DNA of 64,000 nucleotides from Kiritimatiellia bacterium (GTDB lineage: Bacteria; Verrucomicrobiota; Kiritimatiellia; RFP12; JBMNHG01). Numbering within the stretch: the stretch's first letter is position 1; every line of letters starts with the position of its first letter. The position numbers and the translations under genes were made by a program. The stretch covers positions 62,001 through 126,000 of the forward strand of contig JBMNHG010000004.1 of assembly GCA_050950285.1 (NCBI GenBank), read 5' to 3'. This document shows positions 9,405 through 18,319 of this stretch, piece after piece. The notes under the pieces were generated by a model. The model saw only the letters and a program-made list of their open reading frames with translations. It searched no databases and was not told the origin of the DNA.

Positions 9405-9572
9405 GTTGGTGAAGCCGTCGCCGTCGGGATCGCCGTCCGCCCCGGTTTCCCGGTTTTCCGACGAAAGAGGAAACGGCTGGCCTGGCGAGTGGAGAGGGCA
9501 GTGCGGCGTGTGCGCAAGCAGACGCTGTGTTGCTGGCGTAGAGAGAGAGAGAATCGACGCAACCTGATACTG

Positions 9573-10508
9573 TCACATGGACAATGCTTCGCGCCAGATG
9601 ATCCACACTTGACCACTATCGATCCGACCCCCTAGACGATCTTGTTTTCTGATGATCGCAGCGGCGTTTTGTTTCACTGCCGTCCTGAACTCTTCGCGAT
9701 TCTCCGGCAACGCCCCCATTTTCTCTTTCATGGCCAGGCAGGCGGCAAGTGCGGATTTGCGGATTGAAAGGGTCGTGACCAACCATCCAACTTGGGCCGG
9801 ATCATAAGCAGCATAACACGCTTCGTAATCACCACCGGACCCGGGATAGACGGCGGACGTGCTGGCGTCCGCCTTGTCTTTCAAGAGCGTTTCAATGATC
9901 GCTGCAAGCCGGATGTAATCTGGATCGTTAGGGGTGCCGATGTTCGCGCTGTTGATCGGCTGCTTTTCCTGGTCGAGCATCTGTAGCCAATAGGCCGATG
10001 TCGGACTATCGCGGCAACATGCCTCGACACGCGGCCGAATCTGTTCAAGGTCACCGTCGGGAGCGGCCAGACTCCGCAACAAAAGGGTAACGGCGGTTTC
10101 TTCAGCGACAGATGCCAAGACAAGATTGCCATACGATTGCCTTTCCAGGCACCATGAACGGAGAGCCAGGGCATCATCGATGGCGTGAAGCTCCGAGCCG
10201 AACGGGAGCGCATTCAAGGAGGCGGTTTCTCTCAAAATGGCAAGGCCCAACTCTCGATCCTGCTGCACAAGCTTCCGTTTCTCCGGATCGGCAATCGCTT
10301 CGCAGGACTTGTTGCTTGGGATCGACAAGGGGGCCACGCGGTTTGTTTTGATCGCGTCAACAAAGCCCTTCAAGCCCTTGGCCTTCAGAAGTGCAAGTGT
10401 CGTGGCTCCCCCGTGATCGTTAGACCATGCATTGGCGCAAGCCAGCAGGAGAACCACGGCCGGCAACACGGCGGGCCTAAGGCAACGATATTCCAGACTT
10501 CTATTCAT
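9573..10508 (-). CDS. Hypothetical exported protein, 311 aa, copy 1 (possible immunity/partner protein)
   Basis: AAGGAG RBS, signal-peptide-like AVLPAVVLLLACANAWS, visibly lower GC than flanking genes, no recognisable motif. Confidence 0.8.
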   Translation of the reverse strand: MNRSLEYRCLRPAVLPAVVLLLACANAWSNDHGGATTLALLKAKGLKGFVDAIKTNRVAPLSIPSNKSCEAIADPEKRKLVQQDRELGLAILRETASLNALPFGSELHAIDDALALRSWCLERQSYGNLVLASVAEETAVTLLLRSLAAPDGDLEQIRPRVEACCRDSPTSAYWLQMLDQEKQPINSANIGTPNDPDYIRLAAIIETLLKDKADASTSAVYPGSGGDYEACYAAYDPAQVGWLVTTLSIRKSALAACLAMKEKMGALPENREEFRTAVKQNAAAIIRKQDRLGGRIDSGQVWIIWREALSM

Positions 10509-10520
10509 GTGAAGCTCCTT

Positions 10521-10739
10521 TCAGAAATCGTAATCCCAATCGCCAAATGTCTCTTGGAAAGTTACTCGGTCAAAGTATATGTTCCCGGCGTCACGTCCGG
10601 TGATACTTGGATCCCAGCCAATTTGAAGAACGGCCGCTTGGCCGGCAAAGCCACCGTCTTCGTAGTTGAAGTCATAGAGATCGTCTCAATGGTTGTTGAG
10701 CCATGCGGATTCCCATGTCCGAAAAGAAAAGCTGTTTGC
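10521..10739 (-). pseudogene. Headless C-terminal gene fragment upstream of the 311-aa gene, copy 1
   Basis: Reads ...WLNNH*DDLYDFNYEDGGFAGQAAVLQIGWDPSITGRDAGNIYFDRVTFQETFGDWDYDF*; its stop abuts the RBS of the next gene; cut off at unit E. Confidence 0.6.
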
Positions 10740-11267
10740 GTGTCTTTCCGGATTGGACGTCCTGCAAGAGAGCGCTGACGGCAGAGGCCGCAAAAACGTC
10801 CGACCAGTAATCGAGCGCACGGCGGTCGGTCTCCGCCGCCTGCACGGAATACCCAAGAAAGCTACTAACTCGGCCACAATTCATGCTGCAAAACAGGAGC
10901 ACGGGTTTTCCAACCCGTGACACGGACAGGAATGTCCGTGCCCCTTTCCCAACTCCAAATTCCAGCTCCCAATGCCTAAATCCCCGCGCGCAGCGCTATT
11001 TGTGGCCGGGTTAGTAATGGCAAAAAGAAAAGCGGCGCTTGCAGAACCCCCTTGCGCAAACCGGTCGGGGGCAGAGCAGAGCCCGACCCTCCCGATCCCC
11101 CTTTGGGGACCGCCGTCCCCGGCGGGCTGGATGGAGGGACGACCTCCGTGTCGTCCGGCTGGGTTTTGCAAGAGCCTCGTTGGTGAAGCCGTCGCCGTCG
11201 GGATCGCCGTCCGCCCCGGTTTCCCGGTTTTCCGACGAAAGAGGAAACGGCTGGCCTGGCGAGTGGA
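10740..11267. repeat. Composite repeat unit E, copy 2
   Basis: Near-identical to 8973-9493 with small indels and SNPs. Confidence 0.95.
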
Positions 11268-11346
11268 GAGGGCAGTGCGGCGTGTGCGCAAGCAGACGCT
11301 GTGTTGCTGGCGTAGAGAGAGAGAGAATCGACGCAACCTGATACTG

Positions 11347-12282
11347 TCACATGGACAATGCTTCGCGCCAGATGATCCACACTTGACCACTATCGATCCG
11401 ACCCCCTAGACGATCTTGTTTTCTGATGATCGCAGCGGCGTTTTGTTTCACTGCCGTCCTGAACTCTTCGCGATTCTCCGGCAACGCCCCCATTTTCTCT
11501 TTCATGGCCAGGCAGGCGGCAAGTGCGGATTTGCGGATTGAAAGGGTCGTGACCAACCATCCAACTTGGGCCGGATCATAAGCAGCATAACACGCTTCGT
11601 AATCACCACCGGACCCGGGATAGACGGCGGACGTGCTGGCGTCCGCCTTGTCTTTCAAGAGCGTTTCAATGATCGCTGCAAGCCGGATGTAATCTGGATC
11701 GTTAGGGGTGCCGATGTTCGCGCTGTTGATCGGCTGCTTTTCCTGGTCGAGCATCTGTAGCCAATAGGCCGATGTCGGACTATCGCGGCAACATGCCTCG
11801 ACACGCGGCCGAATCTGTTCAAGGTCACCGTCGGGAGCGGCCAGACTCCGCAACAAAAGGGTAACGGCGGTTTCTTCAGCGACAGATGCCAAGACAAGAT
11901 TGCCATACGATTGCCTTTCCAGGCACCATGAACGGAGAGCCAGGGCATCATCGATGGCGTGAAGCTCCGAGCCGAACGGGAGCGCATTCAAGGAGGCGGT
12001 TTCTCTCAAAATGGCAAGGCCCAACTCTCGATCCTGCTGCACAAGCTTCCGTTTCTCCGGATCGGCAATCGCTTCGCAGGACTTGTTGCTTGGGATCGAC
12101 AAGGGGGCCACGCGGTTTGTTTTGATCGCGTCAACAAAGCCCTTCAAGCCCTTGGCCTTCAGAAGTGCAAGTGTCGTGGCTCCCCCGTGATCGTTAGACC
12201 ATGCATTGGCGCAAGCCAGCAGGAGAACCACGGCCGGCAACACGGCGGGCCTAAGGCAACGATATTCCAGACTTCTATTCAT
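11347..12282 (-). CDS. Hypothetical exported protein, 311 aa, copy 2
   Basis: Translation identical to copy 1. Confidence 0.8.
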   Translation of the reverse strand: MNRSLEYRCLRPAVLPAVVLLLACANAWSNDHGGATTLALLKAKGLKGFVDAIKTNRVAPLSIPSNKSCEAIADPEKRKLVQQDRELGLAILRETASLNALPFGSELHAIDDALALRSWCLERQSYGNLVLASVAEETAVTLLLRSLAAPDGDLEQIRPRVEACCRDSPTSAYWLQMLDQEKQPINSANIGTPNDPDYIRLAAIIETLLKDKADASTSAVYPGSGGDYEACYAAYDPAQVGWLVTTLSIRKSALAACLAMKEKMGALPENREEFRTAVKQNAAAIIRKQDRLGGRIDSGQVWIIWREALSM

Positions 12283-12294
12283 GTGAAGCTCCTT

Positions 12295-12513
12295 TCAGAA
12301 ATCGTAATCCCAATCGCCAAATGTCTCTTGGAAAGTTACTCGGTCAAAGTATATGTTCCCGGCGTCACGTCCGGTGATACTTGGATCCCAGCCAATTTGA
12401 AGAACGGCCGCTTGGCCGGCAAAGCCACCGTCTTCGTAGTTGAAGTCATAGAGATCGTCTCAATGGTTGTTGAGCCATGCGGATTCCCATGTCCGAAAAG
12501 AAAAGCTGTTTGC
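12295..12513 (-). pseudogene. Headless C-terminal gene fragment, copy 2
   Basis: Same sequence as 10521-10739. Confidence 0.6.
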
Positions 12514-13041
12514 GTGTCTTTCCGGATTGGACGTCCTGCAAGAGAGCGCTGACGGCAGAGGCCGCAAAAACGTCCGACCAGTAATCGAGCGCACGGCGGT
12601 CGGTCTCCGCCGCCTGCACGGAATACCCAAGAAAGCTACTAACTCGGCCACAATTCATGCTGCAAAACAGGAGCACGGGTTTTCCAACCCGTGACACGGA
12701 CAGGAATGTCCGTGCCCCTTTCCCAACTCCAAATTCCAGCTCCCAATGCCTAAATCCCCGCGCGCAGCGCTATTTGTGGCCGGGTTAGTAATGGCAAAAA
12801 GAAAAGCGGCGCTTGCAGAACCCCCTTGCGCAAACCGGTCGGGGGCAGAGCAGAGCCCGACCCTCCCGATCCCCCTTTGGGGACCGCCGTCCCCGGCGGG
12901 CTGGATGGAGGGACGACCTCCGTGTCGTCCGGCTGGGTTTTGCAAGAGCCTCGTTGGTGAAGCCGTCGCCGTCGGGATCGCGGCCCGCCCCGGTTTCCCG
13001 GTTTTCCGACGAAAGACGAAACGGCTGGCCTGGCGAGTGGA
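12514..13041. repeat. Composite repeat unit E, copy 3
   Basis: Near-identical to the other copies. Confidence 0.95.
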
Positions 13042-13118
13042 GAGGGCAGTGCGGCGTGTGCGCAAGCAGACGCTGTGTTGCTGGCGTAGCGAGAGAGAAT
13101 CGACGCAACCTGATACTG

Positions 13119-14054
13119 TCACATGGACAATGCTTCGCGCCAGATGATCCACACTTGACCACTATCGATCCGACCCCCTAGACGATCTTGTTTTCTGATG
13201 ATCGCAGCGGCGTTTTGTTTCACTGCCGTCCTGAACTCTTCGCGATTCTCCGGCAACGCCCCCATTTTCTCTTTCATGGCCAGGCAGGCGGCAAGTGCGG
13301 ATTTGCGGATTGAAAGGGTCGTGACCAACCATCCAACTTGGGCCGGATCATAAGCAGCATAACACGCTTCGTAATCACCACCGGACCCGGGATAGACGGC
13401 GGACGTGCTGGCGTCCGCCTTGTCTTTCAAGAGCGTTTCAATGATCGCTGCAAGCCGGATGTAATCTGGATCGTTAGGGGTGCCGATGTTCGCGCTGTTG
13501 ATCGGCTGCTTTTCCTGGTCGAGCATCTGTAGCCAATAGGCCGATGTCGGACTATCGCGGCAACATGCCTCGACACGCGGCCGAATCTGTTCAAGGTCAC
13601 CGTCGGGAGCGGCCAGACTCCGCAACAAAAGGGTAACGGCGGTTTCTTCAGCGACAGATGCCAAGACAAGATTGCCATACGATTGCCTTTCCAGGCACCA
13701 TGAACGGAGAGCCAGGGCATCATCGATGGCGTGAAGCTCCGAGCCGAACGGGAGCGCATTCAAGGAGGCGGTTTCTCTCAAAATGGCAAGGCCCAACTCT
13801 CGCTCCTGCTGCACAAGCTTCCGTTTCTCCGGATCGGCAATCGCTTCGAAGGACTTGTTGCTTGGGATCGACAAGGGGGCCACGCGGTTTGTTTTGATCG
13901 CGTCAACAAAGCCCTTCAAGCCCTTGGCCTTCAGAAGTGCAAGTGTCGTGGCTCCCCCTTGATCGTTAGACCATGCATTGGCGCAAGCCAGCAGGAGAAC
14001 CACGGCCGGCAACACGGCGGGCCTAAGGCAACGATATTCCAGACTTCTATTCAT
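13119..14054 (-). CDS. Hypothetical exported protein, 311 aa, copy 3 (3 amino-acid substitutions)
   Basis: NDQGG, KSFEA and QQERE versus NDHGG, KSCEA and QQDRE in copies 1-2. Confidence 0.8.
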   Translation of the reverse strand: MNRSLEYRCLRPAVLPAVVLLLACANAWSNDQGGATTLALLKAKGLKGFVDAIKTNRVAPLSIPSNKSFEAIADPEKRKLVQQERELGLAILRETASLNALPFGSELHAIDDALALRSWCLERQSYGNLVLASVAEETAVTLLLRSLAAPDGDLEQIRPRVEACCRDSPTSAYWLQMLDQEKQPINSANIGTPNDPDYIRLAAIIETLLKDKADASTSAVYPGSGGDYEACYAAYDPAQVGWLVTTLSIRKSALAACLAMKEKMGALPENREEFRTAVKQNAAAIIRKQDRLGGRIDSGQVWIIWREALSM

Positions 14055-14066
14055 GTGAAGCTCCTT

Positions 14067-14285
14067 TCAGAAATCGTAATCCCAATCGCCAAATGTCTCT
14101 TGGAAAGTTACTCGGTCAAAGTATATGTTCCCGGCGTCACGTCCGGTGATACTTGGATCCCAGCCAATTTGAAGAACGGCCGCTTGGCCGGCAAAGCCAC
14201 CGTCTTCGTAGTTGAAGTCATAGAGATCGTCTCAATGGTTGTTGAGCCATGCGGATTCCCATGTCCGAAAAGAAAAGCTGTTTGC
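14067..14285 (-). pseudogene. Headless C-terminal gene fragment, copy 3
   Basis: Same sequence as 10521-10739. Confidence 0.6.
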
Positions 14286-14412
14286 GTGTCTTTCCGGATT
14301 GGACGTCCTGCAAGAGAGCGCTGACGGCAGAGGCCGCAAAAACGTCCGACCAGTAATCGAGCGCACGGCGGTCGGTCTCCGCCGCCTGCACGGAATACCC
14401 AAGAAAGCTACT

Positions 14413-15970
14413 CACTAGCATCCCATAGGCGGACCGGCAACCGGACGGTTCCCGCAGTTGGCACACTTTAGGGGCGGGGAGTTGCCTCTAAAGATTTTCA
14501 AAAAAGTGTCGGCTTCGGAGGCGTCTGCCTGTAACCTACAGGCATTATGAAAAAACGACTCCCCCAATTGCTTGGGTTCGCGCCTCCGAAACCGACGAAG
14601 ACAGTGTACACCGTGCTGCGGCAGCTCGTCCAGTGGATTCCCGCCGGGATGATCCAGCGGCTCGCCGAAGAGTATAAGCTCGACATCCGCAAGTGGTCGG
14701 CGGTGAGCCATGTGGTCGCGCTGATGTACGGCCAGCTCGCGGGCTGCGACAGCCTCAACGGGATCGTGGACGCGGCGCGCGTCCACGAGAGCGAGTGGCG
14801 CAACATCCGGGGGGCGCAGCCGCCGAAGCGCAACACGTTCTCCAACGCGAACCGGCACCGCGACGCGGCCATGGCCGAGCGGCTGTACTGGGAGGTCTTC
14901 GACCATCTGGTCACCGTCTGCCCGGGGTTCGGGCAGTACAAGAGGCACAAGGGCTTCCTCGCGCGGATGAAGCGCGGCATCTTCGCCATCGACTCCAGCA
15001 CGATCAAGCTGTGCCTGAACTGCATCGACTGGGCGCGGCACCGCAGGAAGAAGGCGGCGGCGAAGCTGCACATGAACCTCGACGTGGGCAGCCGCCTGCC
15101 CGCCGCCGTCGTCGTGGAGGACGCGGGCCACCACGACTCCACCCGCGCGAAGGCGCTCTGCGCCGGGCTGAAGGCGGGCGACGTGTGCCTCGCCGACCGT
15201 GCCTACACGGACTTCTCCTTCCTCGCCGACCTGCGGGCGCGCGGCATCTTCTTCGTGGTCAGGCAGAAAACGAACATGAAGTTCAAGCGCGTCAAGCGCC
15301 TGCCGGAGAGCCGGGACGCGGGCATCGTCGGCGACGAACTCGTCGAGCCCGCCCTCGCCCGCTCCAAAAAGCTCTATCCCGTCCCCCTGCGCCGCGTGAC
15401 CGCGAACGTCGAGGTGAACGGCAAGATGAAGGAGATGACTTTCCTGACGAACAACCTCGACTGGAGCGCGCGCACCATCGCGGAACTGTACCGGGCGCGG
15501 TGGGCCGTCGAGCTGTTCTTCAAGGAAATCAAGCAGACCTGCCAGATCCGCGACTTCGTAGGGTACAACGAGAACGCGGTCAAGTGGCAGATCTGGACGG
15601 GGATGCTCGTGCATCTCCTGCTGCGGTTCATGAGCCATGTCGCGGACTGGAAGCTGAGCTTCTCGCGCCTCGCGGGCGTCGCGCGCGCGGCGGTGTGGGT
15701 CAAGCGCGACCTGATTGAGATGCTCAAAATCTATGGGACAGCACCGCGGCCAAAACCGGGTGAATCCCGCGAAAAACCCCCGCCCATACAGGCCTTTTTC
15801 GATTTCTGGCGGCTCGACTATGGGACAGCAGGGCCGTAAAACCCAGTAAAAACGCGAAACGGCCGGTCGCTCCGGGAAAACCTCAAACCTGAAACCACAA
15901 AAAAGACATCAAAAACCCAAGCAAATCCGCATGGGTAAGGGTGAATTGTGCCGCCTATGGGATGCTAGTG
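14413..15970 (+). mobile_element. Complete IS4-family insertion sequence, 1558 bp
   Basis: Perfect 20-bp TIR CACTAGCATCCCATAGGCGG; 9-bp target duplication AAAGCTACT at 14404-14412 and 15971-15979. Confidence 0.95.
14547..15839 (+). CDS. IS4-family DDE transposase (DUF4372-type N-terminus)
   Basis: AIDSSTI, ADRAY and YRARWAVELFFKEIKQ (YREK) motifs. Confidence 0.95.
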   Translation: MKKRLPQLLGFAPPKPTKTVYTVLRQLVQWIPAGMIQRLAEEYKLDIRKWSAVSHVVALMYGQLAGCDSLNGIVDAARVHESEWRNIRGAQPPKRNTFSNANRHRDAAMAERLYWEVFDHLVTVCPGFGQYKRHKGFLARMKRGIFAIDSSTIKLCLNCIDWARHRRKKAAAKLHMNLDVGSRLPAAVVVEDAGHHDSTRAKALCAGLKAGDVCLADRAYTDFSFLADLRARGIFFVVRQKTNMKFKRVKRLPESRDAGIVGDELVEPALARSKKLYPVPLRRVTANVEVNGKMKEMTFLTNNLDWSARTIAELYRARWAVELFFKEIKQTCQIRDFVGYNENAVKWQIWTGMLVHLLLRFMSHVADWKLSFSRLAGVARAAVWVKRDLIEMLKIYGTAPRPKPGESREKPPPIQAFFDFWRLDYGTAGP

Positions 15971-16396
15971 AAAGCTACTAACTCGGCCACAATTCATGCT
16001 GCAAAACAGGAGCACGGGTTTTCCAACCCGTGACACGGACAGGAATGTCCGTGCCCCTTTCCCAACTCCAAATTCCAGCTCCCAATGCCTAAATCCCCGC
16101 GCGCAGCGCTATTTGTGGCCGGGTTAGTAATGGCAAAAAGAAAAGCGGCGCTTGCAGAACCCCTTGCGAAAACCGGTCGGGGCAGAGCCCGACCCTCCCG
16201 ATCCCCCTTTGGGGACCGCCGTCCCCGGCGGGCTGGATGGAGGGACGACCTCCGTGTCGTCCGGCTGGGTTTTGCAAGAGCCTCGTTGGTGAAGCCGTCG
16301 CCGTCGGGATCGCGGCCCGCCCCGGTTTCCCGGTTTTCCGACGAAAGACGAAACGGCTGGCCTGGCGAGTGGAAGAGGGGCATAATGCATCCCGCC

Positions 16397-17143
16397 ATGA
16401 ACGTCCTTGTTTTTCTTCCGGCATTCAACGAGGGGGCGAGCTTGCGGCTTGTGCTGCCCGAACTCGCCCGCGAAGTCCCGGGAATGGACGTGCTGGTGGT
16501 GAGCGACGGGTCGACCGACGAGACCGTCGCGGTCGCCCGCCGGGCCGGGGTGCGCGTGCTGGACCTCCCGGTGAACCTCGGCGTGGGCGGCGCCGTCCAG
16601 GCCGGATTCTCCTATGCCTATCGTCACGGGTACGACTACGCGATCCGGATCGATGCGGACGGCCAGCACCCGCCTTCGGAGATCCCGCGCCTGTTGGAAG
16701 CATTGCGCGCGGGCGATGCGGACGTGGTGACCGCCTCCCGGTTCCTGGGCCATTCCGAGCGGGTGTCGAGTCGTTTCCGTTCGCTGGGGATCGCCTTGCT
16801 CGCGAATTTCCTGTCGGCGATCTGCCGTGCGTCGGTCACCGATCCCACCTCCGGATTCCAGGGGGTGAACCGGCTTGCGATGGCGCTCTTCGCGAGTTCT
16901 TATCCCCACGACTATCCCGAACCCGAGGCGCTTGCCCTGCTGAGTCGCCTGGGCTTTCGCTTCCGCGAGACGGGCGCCGTCTTCCGGCCTCGGCTGGCCG
17001 GCACATCCACGATCGGGGAGTTGGAGACGCTCTTTTTCGCCTTCAAGGTTTTTCTCGCCCTTTGCGTGGGGCGGGCGCGCAATCTGGACGAGGGGCTTTC
17101 CCGTTCCTGCCTGGCGCGCCAGCTGCAGGAGGGACGCTCATGA
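16397..17143 (+). CDS. Glycosyltransferase family 2 (DPM synthase-like)
   Basis: PAFNE, DGSTDET, NLGVGGA, DADGQH, DPTSGF motifs; alternative start at 16385. Confidence 0.92.
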   Translation: MNVLVFLPAFNEGASLRLVLPELAREVPGMDVLVVSDGSTDETVAVARRAGVRVLDLPVNLGVGGAVQAGFSYAYRHGYDYAIRIDADGQHPPSEIPRLLEALRAGDADVVTASRFLGHSERVSSRFRSLGIALLANFLSAICRASVTDPTSGFQGVNRLAMALFASSYPHDYPEPEALALLSRLGFRFRETGAVFRPRLAGTSTIGELETLFFAFKVFLALCVGRARNLDEGLSRSCLARQLQEGRS

Positions 17144-17748
17144 ATCCCGTCGACGACCCCCATCTTTCTGCGGACACCATCGTACGGCTCACCACCGGCT
17201 GGGACGAGAGTTACGGCTGGCGGGCGCTGGCGGGGCTGATCTGCGTGGGGCTGCTGGTTTGGGTTGTCCGCGCCTTCCGCCGTCGCTGTCCCCGGTTGCT
17301 GTGCGTCTTCGCGGTGTGCGTCGCCGTCGCGTGCGGGCTGTTCGCGGCGTGTCCGCAAGCCACGGTGGATTGGATGACGGGTATCCCCTATCTCATGCGG
17401 GCACGTTCTTTTGCGGGTGTGCTTGGCGCGGTGATGCTGCTTTCCACGCTGGCGTGCGTGCGGCACGGCCGCTTGCGCGAGCGCTATGCGGTGTTGTGGG
17501 TGGCGACCGGGGCGATTCTGATCGTGGCTGCGGCCTTCCCGGCGCTGGTCGCGCTCCTGCGCGTGTTCACGGGGATGACCTACACGGCTGCGATTGCCAG
17601 CATGATCGCGGCTTTCGTCCTCCTGTTGCTCTTCCACTTCTCCGTGGTGCTTTCCAAGGCGCTGGGCAACCAGTCGCGCCTGGCGCAACGCATCGCGCAA
17701 CTCGAAGCGGAGTTGGATCTTCTTCGCGACCGCGACCGCGAGGGGTGA
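17140..17748 (+). CDS. DUF2304-like membrane protein
   Basis: ATGA overlap with the GT2 gene; hydrophobic helices; RLRERYAVLW and C-terminal RLAQRIAQLE coiled coil. Confidence 0.7.
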   Translation: MNPVDDPHLSADTIVRLTTGWDESYGWRALAGLICVGLLVWVVRAFRRRCPRLLCVFAVCVAVACGLFAACPQATVDWMTGIPYLMRARSFAGVLGAVMLLSTLACVRHGRLRERYAVLWVATGAILIVAAAFPALVALLRVFTGMTYTAAIASMIAAFVLLLLFHFSVVLSKALGNQSRLAQRIAQLEAELDLLRDRDREG

Positions 17749-17773
17749 GGCGCCGGGGTCCGGCGGGGTGGGG

Positions 17774-18298
17774 CTAGCGCCACTGCCGGGCTGCTCGGCG
17801 GACCGCGGGGGCTTCGGGGAGTTCCGCGAGAAGGCGCGCGACGGTGCGGTCGAATCCCGGGAGCAGCAGGCCGGGACGAAGGTCGGCCAGCGGCTGGCAG
17901 ACGAAGCGGCGCGCCGCGATTTGGGGGTGGGGGAGGCGCAGGCGGGGTTCGTCGCTGGTTTCGCCGCCAAAGTAGAGCAGGTCGATGTCGATGGTCCGCG
18001 GGGCGTGCCGTGCGGGGCCGCGGACGCGTCCAAGCGCGTCTTCCACGCCGTGCATGAGCCGGGAGAAGCGGTGCAGGGGCAGCGTGGTTTCGAGGATGAG
18101 CACGGCGTTCAGGTAGGCGAGATGGCGCCATTCTCCGGCGACGTCCACCGGCTCGGTCTCGTACACGGGCGATGCGGCGACGATGCGGGTGCCGGGCAGG
18201 GCGCCGAGAGCCTCGCGCGCGGCGTAGAGCATGGCGAGGCGGTCGCCGAGGTTCGACCCGAGTGACAGTCCGGCTTCGATGGGGCGGGGGAGGGGCAT
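17774..18298 (-). CDS. folK: 2-amino-4-hydroxy-6-hydroxymethyldihydropteridine diphosphokinase
   Basis: LSLGSNLGDR, YETEP, PRTIDIDLL, LPHP motifs. Confidence 0.95.
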   Translation of the reverse strand: MPLPRPIEAGLSLGSNLGDRLAMLYAAREALGALPGTRIVAASPVYETEPVDVAGEWRHLAYLNAVLILETTLPLHRFSRLMHGVEDALGRVRGPARHAPRTIDIDLLYFGGETSDEPRLRLPHPQIAARRFVCQPLADLRPGLLLPGFDRTVARLLAELPEAPAVRRAARQWR

Positions 18299-18319
18299 GG
18301 GTTCTCCGGTTTGGCCTTC

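Larger units (their letters stand above)
8973..9493. repeat. Composite non-coding repeat unit E, copy 1 (~520 bp)
   Basis: GTGTCTTTCCGGATTGG...CTGGCGAGTGGA recurs at 10740, 12514 and 14286. Confidence 0.95.
14286..16373. repeat. Composite repeat unit E, copy 4, interrupted by an IS4-family element
   Basis: Left part 14286-14412 and right part 15971-16373 together reconstitute unit E. Confidence 0.93.

Noticed and set aside
8874..9635. Short ORFs across unit E (and their copies in the other units)
   Set aside because: They run through TIRs and palindromes, and their frames change between copies through indels, so they are not conserved as proteins
10185..10778. 197-aa plus-strand ORF repeated in each cassette
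   Set aside because: It is antisense to the 311-aa gene and the tail fragment, and it ends inside repeat E; its conservation only reflects the duplication
8973..16373. CRISPR array or classical integron
   Set aside because: The repeats are ~520 bp with 1.25-kb near-identical inserts; there are no cas or intI genes and no recognisable attC structure
16085..16396. N-terminal extension of the GT2 ORF (352 aa in the track)
   Set aside because: The extension is read-through of repeat E; the GT2 domain starts at MNVLVFLPAFNE
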